Shown piece by piece: positions 1 through 8,992 of a DNA stretch of 64,000 nucleotides. The first letter of the stretch is position 1, and every line of letters starts with the position of its first letter. Both the position numbers and the translations under genes were made by a program. Source of the stretch: Prochlorococcus sp. AG-402-N17 (lineage in GTDB: Bacteria > Cyanobacteriota > Cyanobacteriia > PCC-6307 > Cyanobiaceae); assembly GCA_003216455.1 (NCBI GenBank), contig QCIV01000003.1:18667-82666 (forward strand), read 5' to 3'. The notes under the pieces are model-generated. The model searched no databases, had not been told where the DNA came from, and was given only the letters and a program-made list of their open reading frames with translations.

Positions 1-205
1 AGTATTTTAATAGTTCAATTTGAAAAATTAATATTCATTTAGTAAGTGTAGAAATAATAGGATTTAAGAATAAAATTCAATTAATAAATTCGAATACCCG
101 CTAAAAGAATAGTATTTTTTAATTTAAATTCTAAGAACTAGATTTAAATATCAAAGAGAGGCAATTTACTGATAGCAATGAACTCAATTAAATTGTGAAA
201 AATTA

Positions 206-227
206 ATCGTCCGTGAAATGGGACGAT
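206..227 (-). terminator. Hairpin just downstream of tRNA-Ser (possible terminator/processing stem)
   Basis: Inverted repeat ATCGTCC(206-212)...GGACGAT(221-227), 11 nt past the tRNA 3' end; only a weak U-tract. Confidence 0.4.
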
Positions 228-238
228 ATGAAATCTTA

Positions 239-323
239 CGGAGAGGGTGGGATTCGAACCCACGAATAGTTTCCTATTAAATGATTTCGAGTCATTCGCT
301 TTCGACCACTCAGCCACCTCTCC
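239..323 (-). tRNA. tRNA-Ser(CGA)
   Basis: Reverse complement GGAGAGGTGGCTGAGTGGTCGAAAGCG-AATGA-CT-CGA-AA-TCATT-long variable arm-GTGGGTTCGAATCCCAC-CCTCTCCG; acceptor stem, T-loop and class II variable arm present; no encoded CCA. Confidence 0.96.
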
Positions 324-385
324 GTCTGTTTATAAGTATGCCTATATTAAACAGAAAATTAGGAACTATATAATTATTTTAATTT

Positions 386-1408
386 TTAATTCCATCCTGC
401 ATCTTTCATCAATTTAATAGCTAAAGAATTTTTTTCTCCAAGTTCTTCTACAGTGACACTATCAGGTATAAACTCACCAAAGTTCTTTACTATTTCATTT
501 TGATTAACTTCCTTCAAAGGATGTTCAAAAGTTGGAGCAGCTAAACCTTTACTTCCTTCAGGAGATGCTAGGAATTCAAGCAACTTTATAGCTTCATTTT
601 TATTCTTTGCATATTTCGCAACACCACCAGCACTAATATTTACGTGTGCAGGATTAGGAATAAGGACCTTTGTTTTTTTTGCATACAAAGCATCTCTCCT
701 TCCATTGACACCCTCTAACATTCTTGCGACGTAATAATGATTAACAATTCCTACTCCACATTTTTTCTTAGAAACTGCTCTAATTATTGAAATATCGCCT
801 GGGAAGAATGGTTGGGAAACGTTTGAAATCATTCCGCTTAACCAAGCTTTAGTTTCTAATTCACCTTTATTAATTATTTGATTGGCAACTAAAGATTGAT
901 TGTATGGACTTTTTCTATTCCTTAAACATACTTTTCCTTTCAAAGAAGGATCAGCTAAATCAGTGTAATCATTAATCTTGCTTACATCAACTACCTTTGG
1001 ATTGGCAACCATAACTCTTACTCTTCTTGTTAATGCATACCACTCCTTATTTGGATCTTTTAATCCAACAGGAACATCATTTTCTAAATTAGAAGAAGTT
1101 ATTGGTTGAAGTAATCCAGCTTTTGCTGCATTAGTGATTCTTGCTGCATCTACTAGCAAAATTAAATCTGCTTGAGAATTTTTCCCCTCTCTTTTCAATC
1201 TTTCAATTAAAGATATTCCTGCTGCTTCTATAAGCCTAACTTTAATTCCTGTTTCATCTGCGAATTTTTTATAAACACTTCGATCTGTATTGTAATGTCT
1301 ACCCGAATAAACTTTGACTTCTTTTTCTGTTGAATTAACAGGAATATTTACATTCATTAAAAATGTACATGTTAGTGCTGTATAAAATAGTTTTTTGAGT
1401 TTTTGCAC
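386..1408 (-). CDS. futA: Ferric iron ABC transporter periplasmic binding protein (FutA/IdiA)
   Basis: Signal peptide, VYSGRHY, RxR, SPYNQSL, GIVNHYY tyrosine ligands, HVNISAGGV; GTG start. Confidence 0.93.
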   Translation of the reverse strand: MQKLKKLFYTALTCTFLMNVNIPVNSTEKEVKVYSGRHYNTDRSVYKKFADETGIKVRLIEAAGISLIERLKREGKNSQADLILLVDAARITNAAKAGLLQPITSSNLENDVPVGLKDPNKEWYALTRRVRVMVANPKVVDVSKINDYTDLADPSLKGKVCLRNRKSPYNQSLVANQIINKGELETKAWLSGMISNVSQPFFPGDISIIRAVSKKKCGVGIVNHYYVARMLEGVNGRRDALYAKKTKVLIPNPAHVNISAGGVAKYAKNKNEAIKLLEFLASPEGSKGLAAPTFEHPLKEVNQNEIVKNFGEFIPDSVTVEELGEKNSLAIKLMKDAGWN

Positions 1409-1420
1409 TTTTTCAAATTA

Positions 1421-1434
1421 GTATCTATGGTTAC
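1421..1434. promoter_or_regulatory. NtcA/CRP-family-like palindrome GTA-N8-TAC in the futA/piuC divergent promoter
   Basis: GTATCTATGGTTAC. Confidence 0.45.
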
Positions 1435-1510
1435 TTTATACTTATCAAAACTGTAAAATCCTTTAAAGCGATCTTCTATACACAAAGATGTATCATTTTT
1501 TATATTACAA

Positions 1511-2176
1511 ATGAATTATTTAACCCATCAGTTACTAAATGCTGAAGAAATCAACCTTATAAAGAAAGAATTAGAAGAAGCAACTCAAGATTGGGAAGAT
1601 GGGAAAAAAACTGCTGGCAGTCATGCCTCAATGATAAAAAATAATTTGCAATTAAATAGAAATTCTGAAGTATCAAAAAAAAATTCGCAATTAATTAATA
1701 AAAAGATCCTTTCAAACCAATTAATAAAAAGTTTTTCTTTACCAAAAAGAATCCATGGAATAATGTTTACAAAATCATCAAAAAATATGAATTATGGGAG
1801 ACATATTGATAATCCATATATGTCATCAGGTAGGTCAGATTTATCATTTACTCTATCGCTAACGAATAATGATTTTTATGGAGGGGGTGAATTAATTATT
1901 GAAACAATGAATTCGGAAGAGAAATTTAAGTTAAAAGCCGGAGAAATTATTATATATCCAAGTTCTTACTTGCATTCAGTCAGTAAAGTAATTAATGGTG
2001 AAAGATTAGTATGCGTAGGCTGGATAGAAAGTTATGTTAAATCAGCAGAAGAAAGAGAATATTTATTCGATCTTGATGCAGGAGCAAGAGGAGTTTTAGC
2101 AAAATATGGAATGTCGGATGAAGTTGATTTGATTTTCAAATCCTATTCAAACTTATTAAGAATATTAGGTAATTAA
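1511..2176 (+). CDS. piuC: PKHD-type Fe(II)/2-oxoglutarate-dependent hydroxylase (PiuC/YbiX family)
   Basis: WEDGKKTAG, KNNLQL, YGRHIDN (HxD), RSDLSFT, YPSSYLHSV, GERLVCVGWIES, YSNLLR. Confidence 0.88.
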   Translation: MNYLTHQLLNAEEINLIKKELEEATQDWEDGKKTAGSHASMIKNNLQLNRNSEVSKKNSQLINKKILSNQLIKSFSLPKRIHGIMFTKSSKNMNYGRHIDNPYMSSGRSDLSFTLSLTNNDFYGGGELIIETMNSEEKFKLKAGEIIIYPSSYLHSVSKVINGERLVCVGWIESYVKSAEEREYLFDLDAGARGVLAKYGMSDEVDLIFKSYSNLLRILGN

Positions 2177-2253
2177 TGGATCATTTTATACATCAACTGG
2201 GAAATTAACTTTAAACTTACTAAAGTATTTAAAGAATAATTAATTTTCTATAT

Positions 2254-2481
2254 ATGCATAAAAAAAGTTCAATTACTCTATTTCTTGCAGCCACAAGTGC
2301 ACTAGCGATCTCATCATCTGCTAACGCTGGAGAACAAGATTTAGGAGGGCTCAAAGAATGGAATACAGATATGTCGATTGACGCTGATTTTATTTTGGAT
2401 AAAAATGCTCAAAAATTGGCAGATGAAGCTGCAAAATCAAGTGTTTGTATCCCGATTGGTGAAGGTGAAAATTGTTGGTAA
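2254..2481 (+). CDS. Small secreted protein with C-terminal CIPIGEGENCW motif
   Basis: 75 aa; Sec signal peptide ending in ANA; acidic mature part; two Cys only in the last 11 aa. Confidence 0.75.
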   Translation: MHKKSSITLFLAATSALAISSSANAGEQDLGGLKEWNTDMSIDADFILDKNAQKLADEAAKSSVCIPIGEGENCW

Positions 2482-2522
2482 AAAAAAACGCCTAGTTAAA
2501 ATTAGACGTTAATAATTTTATT

Positions 2523-2551
2523 AAAAGGGTATCCAATAGGATACCCTTTTT
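2523..2551. terminator. Bidirectional rho-independent terminator
   Basis: AAAAGGGTATCC-AATA-GGATACCCTTTTT perfect hairpin between convergent genes. Confidence 0.85.
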
Positions 2552-2568
2552 AAATCTAAATAAGTAAT

Positions 2569-3825
2569 TTAGAATTTAAATGTTGTCTGAACAACTGCTC
2601 CTGTGATGTCAACACCAGCAGTACCAGTTCTGTCAGTAGCACCAAATATAGCTGGAGATACTGTAATTGAATCATTAACCTTGTAGGAATAGTATGCTTC
2701 CCATGTAAAAGGAGTTACTGTATCATCATCTGATGTTTGAGGTTGACCTAAAGCAACACCAATTTTGTCATCAGCTTGGAAAGTATCCTTCCATGTTAAT
2801 CCGACAAAGTAAGCATCGGTGTCTGCATCTTGACCTTCAACAGTTGAAATGTCGTAACCAACAGAAATTTCAGGAACTGCCTGAGTTTCAGTATCTGGTC
2901 TCCAATATCCTCTTAAACCATAGTTAGTGCTGTTCCCATCGGGACGAGCTTTACCTAATGAAGTTGTATAGTAAGAATCTGTCCATCCGTTGTACTTCAA
3001 AGCACCAATAAGTGAAACATGGTAGGTGTCGGTAGTATAAGCAACTTGAGTTGACCAGTTAGTTTTAGCTTGATCAGTTAAGAATCCCTTAGTTGATTTA
3101 TTCTGTTTACTTACTACATTAGAGCTTAATGAGAAGCCATTATCACCCTTGTAAGCCCAACCCACACCAGAGTCAGTACTAGCTCCGTATGCTGCACCAT
3201 TACCACCAAGCTTGAATTGTTTTGTTATTGGAGCATATATAGATGGTGTAGCGCCATGCATGTAGTAGTTCTCAATTTTTGGGCCAATCCATACTGTATT
3301 ATTTTCGCCTACAGGGAATGAATACCAAATTTTATCTACCTTAATAGTGTCATCATTTCCATTTGATGAAGAAAGGTAAGTACCATAAGTTTTACTTGAG
3401 AATACATCAGTAGCATTTCCAGTTTTCAACCTTACATACAAGTCATCATCACCAGTAAAACTGGTGTTTAGATTTAGTTGATGAGTATATTGAAAACCTA
3501 CGGCTTCACTAAGATCACCACTGGAGTTTTCAACTCCGCCAATGTCAAAAATGGCTTTACCATTCATCACTGTTGTATCAGAGAAACCACCAGCTTCAAA
3601 TTCATTTTGCTGAGCTTCTAGACCATCAACACGGCCTTTAAGGATTGCAATATCTTCACTAATTTCGTTAATGAATGTTTTGCTGTCAAGTCTCGAAGAT
3701 TTTGTTTGGCTACGTGAGTAGCTGTTCATTTCTTCTATATTGACAACGTCGGAAGCTTGAGCAACAACTGGAGCTAATAAGCTCAAAGATGCTCCTGCTA
3801 CCAACATTTGTTGGAAGAGTTTCAT
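2569..3825 (-). CDS. som: Som-type outer membrane porin (cyanobacterial OprB-like)
   Basis: MKLFQQML signal, coiled coil LKGRVDGLEA, FSDTT, LNLNTSFTGDDDLYVRL, C-terminal TTFKF. Confidence 0.9.
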   Translation of the reverse strand: MKLFQQMLVAGASLSLLAPVVAQASDVVNIEEMNSYSRSQTKSSRLDSKTFINEISEDIAILKGRVDGLEAQQNEFEAGGFSDTTVMNGKAIFDIGGVENSSGDLSEAVGFQYTHQLNLNTSFTGDDDLYVRLKTGNATDVFSSKTYGTYLSSSNGNDDTIKVDKIWYSFPVGENNTVWIGPKIENYYMHGATPSIYAPITKQFKLGGNGAAYGASTDSGVGWAYKGDNGFSLSSNVVSKQNKSTKGFLTDQAKTNWSTQVAYTTDTYHVSLIGALKYNGWTDSYYTTSLGKARPDGNSTNYGLRGYWRPDTETQAVPEISVGYDISTVEGQDADTDAYFVGLTWKDTFQADDKIGVALGQPQTSDDDTVTPFTWEAYYSYKVNDSITVSPAIFGATDRTGTAGVDITGAVVQTTFKF

Positions 3826-3829
3826 TTTA

Positions 3830-3837
3830 CCTCACAC
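3830..3837 (-). promoter_or_regulatory. Putative Yfr1 sRNA target site over the porin RBS
   Basis: mRNA GUGUGAGG-UAAA-AUG is complementary to the conserved Yfr1 seed (ACU)CCUCACAC. Confidence 0.7.
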
Positions 3838-3917
3838 TAAAGTAGCCCAAATAATTTGGGTAACTATACTGTATCGAGCGTAACAAAAAAAGAAAGAAAT
3901 ATAAGTTTCATTTCGAT

Positions 3918-3931
3918 GTAACTTTTGATAC
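3918..3931. promoter_or_regulatory. NtcA/CRP-family-like palindrome upstream of the porin
   Basis: GTAACTTTTGATAC (reverse complement GTATCAAAAGTTAC). Confidence 0.45.
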
Positions 3932-3972
3932 TGTTGCTCCCCTCAACCCATCATTTACATATATTCTATTTT

Positions 3973-4842
3973 TTATTTTTTTATTAATGGGAAATTAAGG
4001 GATTCTCTTTCATCTACCCATGATGAAGCAACTTCTCTTGCTAATTTTCGAATCTTTTCAATATATTGTGCACGATCTGTAACTGAAATTACTCCTCTAG
4101 CATCAAGTAGATTAAAACTATGACTACATTTCAGAACAAAATCAAGCGCAGGGTAAGTTAATTTCTTTTCTATTAAAGTAATTGCTTCTGCTTGATAAAT
4201 TTCAAATAATTTTCTGAGATTATCAGGGCTTGATTCAGCAAAATTATAAGAGCATTGACTTTTTTCAAATTGAAGCCAAATATCGCTATATTTTAAATCT
4301 TTGTTCCAATTTAAGTCCCAGATACTTTCTTTATCCTGCAAAAACATTGCTATTCTCTCTAATCCATAAGTGATTTCAATTGGAATTGGATTACAATCTA
4401 TACCCCCGCATTGCTGGAAATAAGTAAACTGAGTAACTTCCATTCCGTCCAGCCAAACTTCCCAGCCTACTCCCCAGGCTCCAAGTGTTGGTGACTCCCA
4501 ATTATCCTCCACAAATCTTATATCATGATTTCTAGGATTAATTCCAAGTGATTCTAGAGATGTTAAATATTTTTCCTGGATTCCTTCCGGTGAAGGCTTA
4601 ATTATTACTTGATATTGGAAGTAATGTTGAGCCCTATTTGGGTTATCTCCATAACGCCCATCTGTAGGTCTTCTACATGGCTCTGCATATGCCACACTCC
4701 AAGGCTCTGGTCCAATAGCCCTTAAAAAAGTATGTGGATTCATTGTTCCAGCACCTTTCTCAGTATCATATGGCTGCATTATCAAACAACCTTCTTCTGA
4801 CCAAAAATTATTTAAATTTTGAATTATATCCTGAAAAAACAT
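3973..4842 (-). CDS. glyQ: Glycine--tRNA ligase alpha subunit
   Basis: [59 protein letters not shown]. Confidence 0.98.
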   Translation of the reverse strand: MFFQDIIQNLNNFWSEEGCLIMQPYDTEKGAGTMNPHTFLRAIGPEPWSVAYAEPCRRPTDGRYGDNPNRAQHYFQYQVIIKPSPEGIQEKYLTSLESLGINPRNHDIRFVEDNWESPTLGAWGVGWEVWLDGMEVTQFTYFQQCGGIDCNPIPIEITYGLERIAMFLQDKESIWDLNWNKDLKYSDIWLQFEKSQCSYNFAESSPDNLRKLFEIYQAEAITLIEKKLTYPALDFVLKCSHSFNLLDARGVISVTDRAQYIEKIRKLAREVASSWVDERESLNFPLIKK

Positions 4843-4997
4843 TTAATTAAATAGTTGATAAATTTTGATCAATTGCACTAAACATAATAACAAAGCCTTA
4901 AAGAAAAAATATTCTTAAAATCCAAGTTCTCAAAAGTATCATCCGATAAAAAGCTTTCATTAAATTAGATCCTTGTTGAAAATAAATGAGGAGTTAA

Positions 4998-5384
4998 TTA
5001 TGTAAAAAAATCTAATGGCAATGGTCCAAAAGTATTAGATTCTTTAGCACCTTCATCATTCTGACATGTTATTAAAATTCCTTCTCCAAGACCATTTTCA
5101 GATCTTACAAAAACATTACTAGTTTTTTGATTAGCTTTTAAAAAAACACCTCCATCAGCATGAAGGGTACCTAGATTCCCAAATTTAATTGAGGGATATT
5201 TCTTAGAAATTGATTGTAATGCTTCAATAGCTTTATTATCACTAGATGCCATTATTCCTATTGTTATCCAATCGGCATTAAAAATATTTGCTTCTAGTTC
5301 CTTTAAAAGTTTTTTTTCTTGCCTATTACTTAATTGAGGTGCAGTTCTGAAATTATTTAAATCGACTAATTTATTTATTTCCAT
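4998..5384 (-). CDS. DUF1824 family protein
   Basis: ADWITIGIMA, VFLKANQKT, GEGILIT, TFGPLPLDFF. Confidence 0.75.
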   Translation of the reverse strand: MEINKLVDLNNFRTAPQLSNRQEKKLLKELEANIFNADWITIGIMASSDNKAIEALQSISKKYPSIKFGNLGTLHADGGVFLKANQKTSNVFVRSENGLGEGILITCQNDEGAKESNTFGPLPLDFFT

Positions 5385-5407
5385 TAGCTTTTATATCTAA
5401 AAAATTC

Positions 5408-5740
5408 TTAATCAAATGTTCTTCCATTCCAAGCCCACAATGAAGCTGGCACATCCTCAAAAGAAATATAAATCCTATCTATTGGGATCCCCATCTTCTC
5501 ACATACAAAATCTGATATTGGCTTTGCCATTGCTGAAGGATTTAGAGAACCTATTGATTTGATTTCTAAAAAGCAAGAAGGTGTCTTATCATCAAAATAC
5601 ATTTGGCAATTATCATCTATTTTCGCCATAACAAAACTGCTTGATTTATTAGTTAAAGATGAAATTAAAATTGAAATTTCTTCTAGTAATTTATCTTTAT
5701 CATTTACTTTTGCTGAAGTCGAAACATTAATATAAGGCAT
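5408..5740 (-). CDS. MIF/phenylpyruvate tautomerase family protein
   Basis: N-terminal Pro after Met (MPYINV), KSIG, RIYISFEDV, WAWNGRTF. Confidence 0.88.
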   Translation of the reverse strand: MPYINVSTSAKVNDKDKLLEEISILISSLTNKSSSFVMAKIDDNCQMYFDDKTPSCFLEIKSIGSLNPSAMAKPISDFVCEKMGIPIDRIYISFEDVPASLWAWNGRTFD

Positions 5741-5742
5741 CT

Positions 5743-5916
5743 CTATGCAGCAAGATAATCTTTCTTAGAGTCATTTTCTAGATAACTAGTTTTATTTTTT
5801 AAATTTCTTTTTGATGAAAGATATGCCATATCGTATGTACTTATTCCGTTTTTATAGGGATTGAAAAGAGCATTTTTGGACCTGTTTTTTTTGCTCCTTC
5901 TAAACTCAATCATCAT
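5743..5916 (-). CDS. Small basic hypothetical protein (57 aa, not in ORF track)
   Basis: Manual translation MMIEFRRSKKNRSKNALFNPYKNGISTYDMAYLSSKRNLKNKTSYLENDSKKDYLAA*; stop 2 nt before the MIF ATG. Confidence 0.55.
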   Translation of the reverse strand: MMIEFRRSKKNRSKNALFNPYKNGISTYDMAYLSSKRNLKNKTSYLENDSKKDYLAA

Positions 5917-6067
5917 TAATTAATCATTAATTAGTAATTTAACTTTTTTTGAATATATGTCTAGTTTTTTTGAGAATTTTTAATTTATTTAATGAATAAT
6001 AAATTTCTAATACACAATTAGAATTTCTATTTACTAAATTTGATATACCGATATTAAAGTACTTATC

Positions 6068-6706
6068 TTGGAAGTTTTAAATAATTATCAAAGGAAAAAA
6101 CTTGATGAGAGCAATGATGAAGAATTTTATTCTGATCCAAAATTTGTTTATCATCTAGATACAAACTTCAGGAAAAATCTATCAGATTTATATGAAAAAG
6201 AAATTGATACTTATTCAACTGTCCTTGATTTAATGTCTAGTTGGGATAGTTATTTACCTAAGGGAAAAAATTATAAAAAAGTTATTGGACATGGTTTAAA
6301 CAAACAAGAACTTGAAAGAAACAAAATTTTTGATTCTTATTGGATACAAAATTTTAATTTAAGTCAACAAATTCCGCTAGATAAAGAAAGCATTAATTAT
6401 TGCTTGATGGTGGCCGCATGGCAATATTTACAATATCCAGAGAATTTAACAAGAGAAATTGCAAGAATATTGAGCAGAGATGGCAAGATTATCATTGCTT
6501 TTTCAAACAGAGCATTTTGGCATAAAGCTCCTAACATATGGACTTCATCTACTGAAGAAGAGAGGGTTAAATATGTAAGAAAAGTATTAATCTCAAACGG
6601 ATTTAATGAGCCAAAAATTATCAAAAAGTTTACTGAACCAGCACTTAATATCTTTAATTTTTTAAATAAAGACCCATTTTATTGTTTAATCGCAACTAGA
6701 GAGTAA
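6068..6706 (+). CDS. Class I SAM-dependent methyltransferase (type 11-like)
   Basis: FYSDPKFVYHLD, VLDLMSSWDSYLP, GHGLN, FSNRAFWHKA. Confidence 0.85.
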   Translation: MEVLNNYQRKKLDESNDEEFYSDPKFVYHLDTNFRKNLSDLYEKEIDTYSTVLDLMSSWDSYLPKGKNYKKVIGHGLNKQELERNKIFDSYWIQNFNLSQQIPLDKESINYCLMVAAWQYLQYPENLTREIARILSRDGKIIIAFSNRAFWHKAPNIWTSSTEEERVKYVRKVLISNGFNEPKIIKKFTEPALNIFNFLNKDPFYCLIATRE

Positions 6707-6813
6707 TTTTTAATCAATTGCATTAAAGAACAACTCTATGAAAAAGTCATCAACTATATTCCATAGCCATACGTTTAAATTTTTACTAATATTGGGTAGT
6801 TAAAATTAATCAT

Positions 6814-7059
6814 ATGGGTTCTAAAAGAGAAAAATATCCTGAAAAATGTCCTTGGGATCTTGGCCCTAATCAACATTTAGCAGAAGATCAGAACTGGACT
6901 TTAAGACTAGGAGAAGCAAATGTATGCTTTAGCAAAAATAAATTAGATAATAATTATTTTCATGTAATTAGTAATGAAAATGAAGAGCAAATTTTAGCTT
7001 TTAGGGCAAGACTCTTATATCAAAAACTACTTGATAAAGGATTTAGATTGGTTGAATAA
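6814..7059 (+). CDS. Hypothetical protein
   Basis: 81-aa ATG ORF filling the intergenic gap; no family recognised. Confidence 0.6.
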   Translation: MGSKREKYPEKCPWDLGPNQHLAEDQNWTLRLGEANVCFSKNKLDNNYFHVISNENEEQILAFRARLLYQKLLDKGFRLVE

Positions 7060-7064
7060 AAAAC

Positions 7065-7718
7065 CTAATTTAATAAGCATAGATCCTCGAAGATAAACTT
7101 TTGTTTTTCTTCTTCTTGATTTTGGTTTAGGTATTTTATTGTCCTCGAATTTAATATCCAATAATCGTCTTTACCTATATTTAGAAACTCATCATCATAT
7201 TCCAATTTTTGAGAATTTGTCTTAAGTGTATCTGGATCAATTTGTTGACTACTATATTTTTTACTAAGGAAACCTGTTCCTGTATCTAAAAATTCATCAA
7301 CAAAAATTTCTATTATAGTTCCATGAATTTTTCTGTATACCATATTAATACAGTTATTTTTAACTCTATATTTATCACCTTGATTCTTGCCTGAAACACT
7401 CATTTCAATCCCAACTTCAGAATTTTTAAGTAAATTAAAATTATTTTCTGAGTGCACTGATTCAAATTCTCTCTTTATCCTATGTATACACACTTCAAAT
7501 AACTGAGAGGCAATACTTTTAACAACTTTCTCATCTTCTATTTTTTGAATATTTGGTTTAAAATCTTTACCTAAAACAAAGTGACCTTTATAAAGGTTTT
7601 TATTAGATAAAAAAATACATTTACCTTGGTAACCATGAAAATCTTTCTTCCAGGTGTAACGATTTTCATAAGCCTTTTTAAAAATCTCCTTACAATTAAT
7701 TTCTTTTAAATTATCCAT
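7065..7718 (-). CDS. DUF3386 family protein
   Basis: FKKAYENRYTW..F.GY, SQLFEVCIHR, FESVHSEN. Confidence 0.78.
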   Translation of the reverse strand: MDNLKEINCKEIFKKAYENRYTWKKDFHGYQGKCIFLSNKNLYKGHFVLGKDFKPNIQKIEDEKVVKSIASQLFEVCIHRIKREFESVHSENNFNLLKNSEVGIEMSVSGKNQGDKYRVKNNCINMVYRKIHGTIIEIFVDEFLDTGTGFLSKKYSSQQIDPDTLKTNSQKLEYDDEFLNIGKDDYWILNSRTIKYLNQNQEEEKQKFIFEDLCLLN

Positions 7719-7747
7719 TAATGTTTGAAAACGTGAAATAATTCTAC

Positions 7748-7782
7748 AAAAAAACCTCCCAATTAGATGAGAGGTTTTTTTT
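7748..7782 (-). terminator. Rho-independent terminator of pcb
   Basis: AAAAAAACCTC...GAGGTTTTTTTT hairpin 8 nt after the pcb stop. Confidence 0.75.
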
Positions 7783-7790
7783 AGATTAAA

Positions 7791-8849
7791 TTAGTTTTGA
7801 GTAATTTTTGTATTTTCAATATTGTCAAATGCTTGACCAATTTTCTTAAAATCAAATCCCATTGCTCTTAATGCGTGCCAAAGATGACCTTGTAAGAAAA
7901 AGAAACCCAAATAAAAATGAGTATTAGCAAGCCAAGCTCTTGAGCTATATGCTCCTGAACCTAAATCTACTGTATCAGTAAAATAAGGGGCAAATTCAAA
8001 TTGAAGCTTTAAAGGTTCTCCATATAGATCAACTGGATATATGGTTGTATTTGAAGCACACCAAAAAGCAGCAACAAAAGCCATATAAGAAACACCAACA
8101 ACTGAGTATGACAAAATAGCCTCAGCGCCAAGTAATCCTTTTCCTTTAAATTCTGTATATTCTCCAAATTGTTTAGTACAAATATGGAAAACACCTCCAA
8201 TTATTTCTAGGAAAGCTAGAAAAGCATGTCCTCCCATAACGTCTTCAAGACTATCTATTTTTAAAAAATCAAATTGATGATTCCAGATAGCGGCAATATC
8301 TAAATTGTAAATAACTTGTCTTGTAGATCCTATTGCTGGGTCGTAAATTCCATGAATACGAGCCCATTCAACGAACATAATTGCTCCAAGCCCAAGAAAG
8401 ATTAGATGATGACCAAGAATAAAAGTTAATTTATCTGGGTCATCCCATTCGAAATCAAATTTTTGTGGCTTACTATTAGCTGGATATTCTCCAAGATCAC
8501 CTGCAAATTTATTGGAATGTAATAATCCACCAGCACCCAATACTGCTGAAAAGATCAGATGTAATGTGCAAATTACAACAATTCCATATGGTTCTGTAAT
8601 AACACCATTTTCAATGCCACCAATTCCAATACCTGCTAGGTGAGGCAAAACGATTGCTTTCTGTGCACCCATTGGAATACTAGCGTCGTAACGAGCCAAT
8701 TCAAATAATCCAAAAGCTCCTGCCCAGAACATCATTAGGCCTGCATGGGCAGCATGAGCAGCTATGAATTTACCTGAACGGCCAACAACACCAGAATTTC
8801 CTGCGTACCAGTCATAGGTGACATCAGATTTTCCGTAAGTTTGTAACAC
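7791..8849 (-). CDS. pcb: Chlorophyll a/b-binding light-harvesting protein, Pcb (IsiA/CP43 family); probably the iron-stress type given the isiB linkage
   Basis: QTYG..YDWYAGN, AAHAAHAGL, ILGHHLIFLG, GGHAFLA, RAWLANTH, LQGHLWHALRA; GTG start. Confidence 0.95.
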   Translation of the reverse strand: MLQTYGKSDVTYDWYAGNSGVVGRSGKFIAAHAAHAGLMMFWAGAFGLFELARYDASIPMGAQKAIVLPHLAGIGIGGIENGVITEPYGIVVICTLHLIFSAVLGAGGLLHSNKFAGDLGEYPANSKPQKFDFEWDDPDKLTFILGHHLIFLGLGAIMFVEWARIHGIYDPAIGSTRQVIYNLDIAAIWNHQFDFLKIDSLEDVMGGHAFLAFLEIIGGVFHICTKQFGEYTEFKGKGLLGAEAILSYSVVGVSYMAFVAAFWCASNTTIYPVDLYGEPLKLQFEFAPYFTDTVDLGSGAYSSRAWLANTHFYLGFFFLQGHLWHALRAMGFDFKKIGQAFDNIENTKITQN

Positions 8850-8992
8850 TTGATTTAAGTAAACAGCAAATTGAGCATATTGCTTATCAGTATTGTTTTT
8901 ACATGTTCTTTACAGATTTAATTACTTATGTAAAAAAAACATATTGTGAAAGAACAAATGTTACAAACTAGGGCAGTAATATCTGAGAAAGC

